From Eledone cirrhosa (lineage: Eukaryota): 64,000 bases of DNA. The DNA lies in assembly GCA_964016885.1 (NCBI GenBank), contig OZ024747.1, forward strand, positions 49,538,001 to 49,602,000. Reading direction: 5' to 3'. Positions 59,601-64,000 of the stretch are shown one piece after another. The notes under the pieces were generated by a model. The model was not told where the DNA came from and ran no database searches. It was given only the letters and a program-made list of their open reading frames with translations. The translations under genes and the position numbers were made by a program. Within the stretch, counting starts at the first letter, position 1, and every line of letters starts with the position of its first letter.

Positions 59601-62600
59601 TTGTGAGTGTCTGTGTCTGTTTACAGTTTATGAGAGTGTCTGTGTCTGTTTACAGTTTGTGAGTGTCTGTGTCTGTTTACAGTTTATGTGAGTGTCTGTT
59701 TACAGTTTATGAGAGTGTCTGTGTCTGTTTACAGTTTATGTGAGTGTCTGTGTCTGTTTACAGTTTATGTGAGTGTCTGTTTACAGTTTATGTGAGTGTC
59801 TGTGTCTGTTTACAGTTTATTAGAGTGTTTGTGTCTGTTTACAGTTTATGAGAGTGTCTGTGTCTGTTTACAGTTTATGAGAGTGTCTGTGTCTGTTTAC
59901 AGTTTATGAGAGTGTCTGTGTCTGTTTACAGTTTATGTGAGTGTCTGTGTCTGTTTACAGTTTATGTGAGTGTCTGTGTCTGTTTACAGTTTATGTGAGT
60001 GTCTGTGTCTGTTTACAGTTTATGAGAGTGTCTGTGTCTGTTTACAGTTTATGAGAGTGTCTGTGTCTGTTTACAGTTTATGAGAGTGTCTGTCTGTTTA
60101 CAGTTTATGTGAGTGTCTGTGTCTGTTTACAGTTTATGAGAGTGTCTGTGTCTGTTTACAGTTTATGAGAGTGTCTGTGTCTGTTTACAGTTTATGAGAG
60201 TGTCTGTGTCTGTTTACAGTTTATGTGAGTGTCTGTGTCTGTTTACAGTTTATGAGAGTGTCTGTGTCTGTTTACAGTTTATGAGAGTGTCTGTGTCTGT
60301 TTACAGTTTATGAGAGTGTCTGTTTACAGTTTATGTGAGTGTCTGTGTCTGTTTACAGTTTATGAGAGTGTCTGTGTCTGTTTACAGTTTATGTGAGTGT
60401 CTGTGTCTGTTTACAGTTTATGAGATTGTCTGTGTCTGTTTACAGTTTATGAGTGTCTGTGTCCGTTACAGTTTATGAGTGTCTGTGTCTGTTTACAGTT
60501 TATGAGAGTGTCTGTGTCTGTTTACAGTTTATGAGAGTGTCTGTGTCTGTTTACAGTTTATGAGTGTCTGTGTCTGTTTACAGTTTGTGAGTGTCTGTGT
60601 CTGTTTACAGTTTATGAGAGTGTCTGTGTCTGTTTACAGTTTGTGAGTGTCTGTGTCTGTTTACAGTTTATGAGATTGTCTGTGTCTGTTTACAGTTTAT
60701 GAGTGTCTGTGTCCGTTTACAGTTTATGAGTGTCTGTGTCTGTTTACAGTTTATGAGAGTGTCTGTGTCTGTTTACAGTTTATGAGAGTGTCTGTGTCTG
60801 TTTACAGTTTATGAGTGTCTGTGTCTGTTTACAGTTTGTGAGTGTCTGTGTCTGTTTACAGTTTATGAGAGTGTCTGTGTCTGTTTACAGTTTGTGAGTG
60901 TCTGTGTCTGTTTACAGTTTATGTGAGTGTCTGTTTACAGTTTATGAGAGTGTCTGTGTCTGTTTACAGTTTATGTGAGTGTCTGTGTCTGTTTACAGTT
61001 TATGAGTGTCTGTGTCTGTTTACAGTTTATGAGAGTGTCTGTGTCTGTTTACAGTTTATGTGAGTGTCTGTGTCTGTTTACAGTTTATGAGAGTGTCTGT
61101 GTCTGTTTACAGTTTGTGAGTGTCTGTGTCTGTTTACAGTTTATGAGAGTGTCTGTGTCTGTTTACAGTTTATGTGAGTGTCTGTGTCTGTTTACAGTTT
61201 ATGAGTGTCTGTGTCTGTTTACAGTTTATGAGAGTGTCTGTGTCTGTTTACAGTTTATGTGAGTGTCTGTGTCTGTTTACAGTTTATGAGAGTGTCTGTG
61301 TCTGTTTACAGTTTGTGAGTGTCTGTGTCTGTTTACAGTTTATGAGAGTGTCTGTGTCTGTTTACAGTTTGTGAGTGTCTGTGTCTGTTTACAGTTTATG
61401 TGAGTGTCTGTTTACAGTTTATGAGAGTGTCTGTGTCTGTTTACAGTTTATGTGAGTGTCTGTGTCTGTTTACAGTTTATGTGAGTGTCTGTTTACAGTT
61501 TATGTGAGTGTCTGTGTCTGTTTACAGTTTATTAGAGTGTCTGTGTCTGTTTACAGTTTATGAGAGTGTCTGTGTCTGTTTACAGTTTATGAGAGTGTCT
61601 GTGTCTGTTTACAGTTTATGAGAGTGTCTGTGTCTGTTTACAGTTTATGTGAGTGTCTGTGTCTGTTTACAGTTTATGTGAGTGTCTGTGTCTGTTTACA
61701 GTTTATGTGAGTGTCTGTGTCTGTTTACAGTTTATGAGAGTGTCTGTGTCTGTTTACAGTTTATGAGAGTGTCTGTGTCTGTTTACAGTTTATGAGAGTG
61801 TCTGTGTCTGTTTACAGTTTATGAGAGTGTCTGTGTCTGTTTACAGTTTATGAGTGTCTGTGTCTGTTTACAGTTTGTGAGTGTCTGTGTCTGTTTACAG
61901 TTTATGAGAGTGTCTGTGTCTGTTTACAGTTTGTGAGTGTCTGTGTCTGTTTACAGTTTATGTGAGTGTCTGTTTACAGTTTATGAGAGTGTCTGTGTCT
62001 GTTTACAGTTTATGTGAGTGTCTGTGTCTGTTTACAGTTTATGTGAGTGTCTGTGTCTGTTTACAGTTTATGAGAGTGTCTGTGTCTGTTTACAGTTTAT
62101 GAGAGTGTCTGTGTCTGTTTACAGTTTATGAGAGTGTCTGTGTCTGTTTACAGTTTATGAGAGTGTCTGTGTCTGTTTACAGTTTATGAGTGTCTGTGTC
62201 TGTTTACAGTTTGTGAGTGTCTGTGTCTGTTTACAGTTTATGAGAGTGTCTGTGTCTGTTTACAGTTTGTGAGTGTCTGTGTCTGTTTACAGTTTATGTG
62301 AGTGTCTGTTTACAGTTTATGTGAGTGTCTGTGTCTGTTTACAGTTTATTAGAGTGTCTGTGTCTGTTTACAGTTTATGAGAGTGTCTGTGTCTGTTTAC
62401 AGTTTATGAGAGTGTCTGTGTCTGTTTACAGTTTATGAGAGTGTCTGTGTCTGTTTACAGTTTATGTGAGTGTCTGTGTCTGTTTACAGTTTATGTGAGT
62501 GTCTGTGTCTGTTTACAGTTTATGTGAGTGTCTGTGTCTGTTTACAGTTTATGAGAGTGTCTGTGTCTGTTTACAGTTTATGAGAGTGTCTGTGTCTGTT

Positions 62601-64000
62601 TACAGTTTATGAGAGTGTCTGTGTCTGTTTACAGTTTATGAGAGTGTCTGTGTCTGTTTACAGTTTATGAGTGTCTGTGTCTGTTTACAGTTTGTGAGTG
62701 TCTGTGTCTGTTTACAGTTTATGAGAGTGTCTGTGTCTGTTTACAGTTTGTGAGTGTCTGTGTCTGTTTACAGTTTATGTGAGTGTCTGTTTACAGTTTA
62801 TGAGAGTGTCTGTGTCTGTTTACAGTTTATGTGAGTGTCTGTGTCTGTTTACAGTTTATGAGTGTCTGTGTCTGTTTACAGTTTATGAGAGTGTCTGTGT
62901 CTGTTTACAGTTTATGTGAGTGTCTGTGTCTGTTTACAGTTTATGAGAGTGTCTGTGTCTGTTTACAGTTTGTGAGTGTCTGTGTCTGTTTACAGTTTAT
63001 GAGAGTGTCTGTGTCTGTTTACAGTTTGTGAGTGTCTGTGTCTGTTTACAGTTTATGTGAGTGTCTGTTTACAGTTTATGAGAGTGTCTGTGTCTGTTTA
63101 CAGTTTATGTGAGTGTCTGTGTCTGTTTACAGTTTATGTGAGTGTCTGTTTACAGTTTATGTGAGTGTCTGTGTCTGTTTACAGTTTATTAGAGTGTCTG
63201 TGTCTGTTTACAGTTTATGAGAGTGTCTGTGTCTGTTTACAGTTTATGAGAGTGTCTGTGTCTGTTTACAGTTTATGAGAGTGTCTGTGTCTGTTTACAG
63301 TTTATGTGAGTGTCTGTGTCTGTTTACAGTTTATGTGAGTGTCTGTGTCTGTTTACAGTTTATGTGAGTGTCTGTGTCTGTTTACAGTTTATGAGAGTGT
63401 CTGTGTCTGTTTACAGTTTATGAGAGTGTCTGTGTCTGTTTACAGTTTATGAGAGTGTCTGTGTCTGTTTACAGTTTATGAGAGTGTCTGTGTCTGTTTA
63501 CAGTTTATGAGTGTCTGTGTCTGTTTACAGTTTGTGAGTGTCTGTGTCTGTTTACAGTTTATGAGAGTGTCTGTGTCTGTTTACAGTTTGTGAGTGTCTG
63601 TGTCTGTTTACAGTTTATGTGAGTGTCTGTTTACAGTTTATGAGAGTGTCTGTGTCTGTTTACAGTTTATGTGAGTGTCTGTGTCTGTTTACAGTTTATG
63701 TGAGTGTCTGTGTCTGTTTACAGTTTATGAGAGTGTCTGTGTCTGTTTACAGTTTATGAGAGTGTCTGTGTCTGTTTACAGTTTATGAGAGTGTCTGTGT
63801 CTGTTTACAGTTTATGAGAGTGTCTGTGTCTGTTTACAGTTTATGAGTGTCTGTGTCTGTTTACAGTTTGTGAGTGTCTGTGTCTGTTTACAGTTTATGA
63901 GAGTGTCTGTGTCTGTTTACAGTTTGTGAGTGTCTGTGTCTGTTTACAGTTTATGTGAGTGTCTGTTTACAGTTTATGTGAGTGTCTGTGTCTGTTTACA
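50654..64000 (+). repeat. Satellite type B block 3, continuing beyond the window
   Basis: 50654-54720 matches B blocks 1 and 2 (one 23-bp unit missing), then continues as additional B array. Confidence 0.97.

Noticed and set aside
7330-64000. CRISPR-like appearance (constant core plus variable segment)
   Set aside because: The variable parts are 6-12-nt microsatellite variants of each other, not unique spacers. There are no cas genes and the context is eukaryotic.
24455-64000. Telomeric repeat array (G/T-rich strand)
   Set aside because: No TTAGGG or similar short telomeric unit; the period is 23-29 bp. A subtelomeric location cannot be judged from this window.

Overview
Eukaryotic, repeat-only window with no recognisable host gene. 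The SINE and RTE 3'-end motifs resemble those I recall from octopus/cephalopod genomes; this is inference and no search was run. Bases 1-7330 hold decayed mobile elements: a frameshifted Tx1/L1-clade LINE, several tRNA-derived SINEs including an inverted pair, a 5'-truncated RTE fragment with target-site duplication (TSD), and a TTAA-flanked piggyBac-like MITE carrying a SINE. From ~7330 to the end is one ~52-kb satellite of roughly 1,900 monomers (length/27 estimate). It has two related monomer types (A, 27 bp; B, 27-29 bp) sharing the core TCTGTTTACAGTTTATG, arranged A-B-A-B-A-B by nested kb-scale duplications. The satellite is interrupted at 8338-13433 by an apparently young RTE-clade LINE. 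That LINE has 202-bp 5' monomers, a short uORF overlapping a 1006-aa endonuclease-RT ORF, a C4HC3 PHD-type finger inside the RT, a hairpin-array 3' UTR and a (TGA)9 tail. The long Cys/Val/Tyr-rich ORFs in the track are satellite artefacts.
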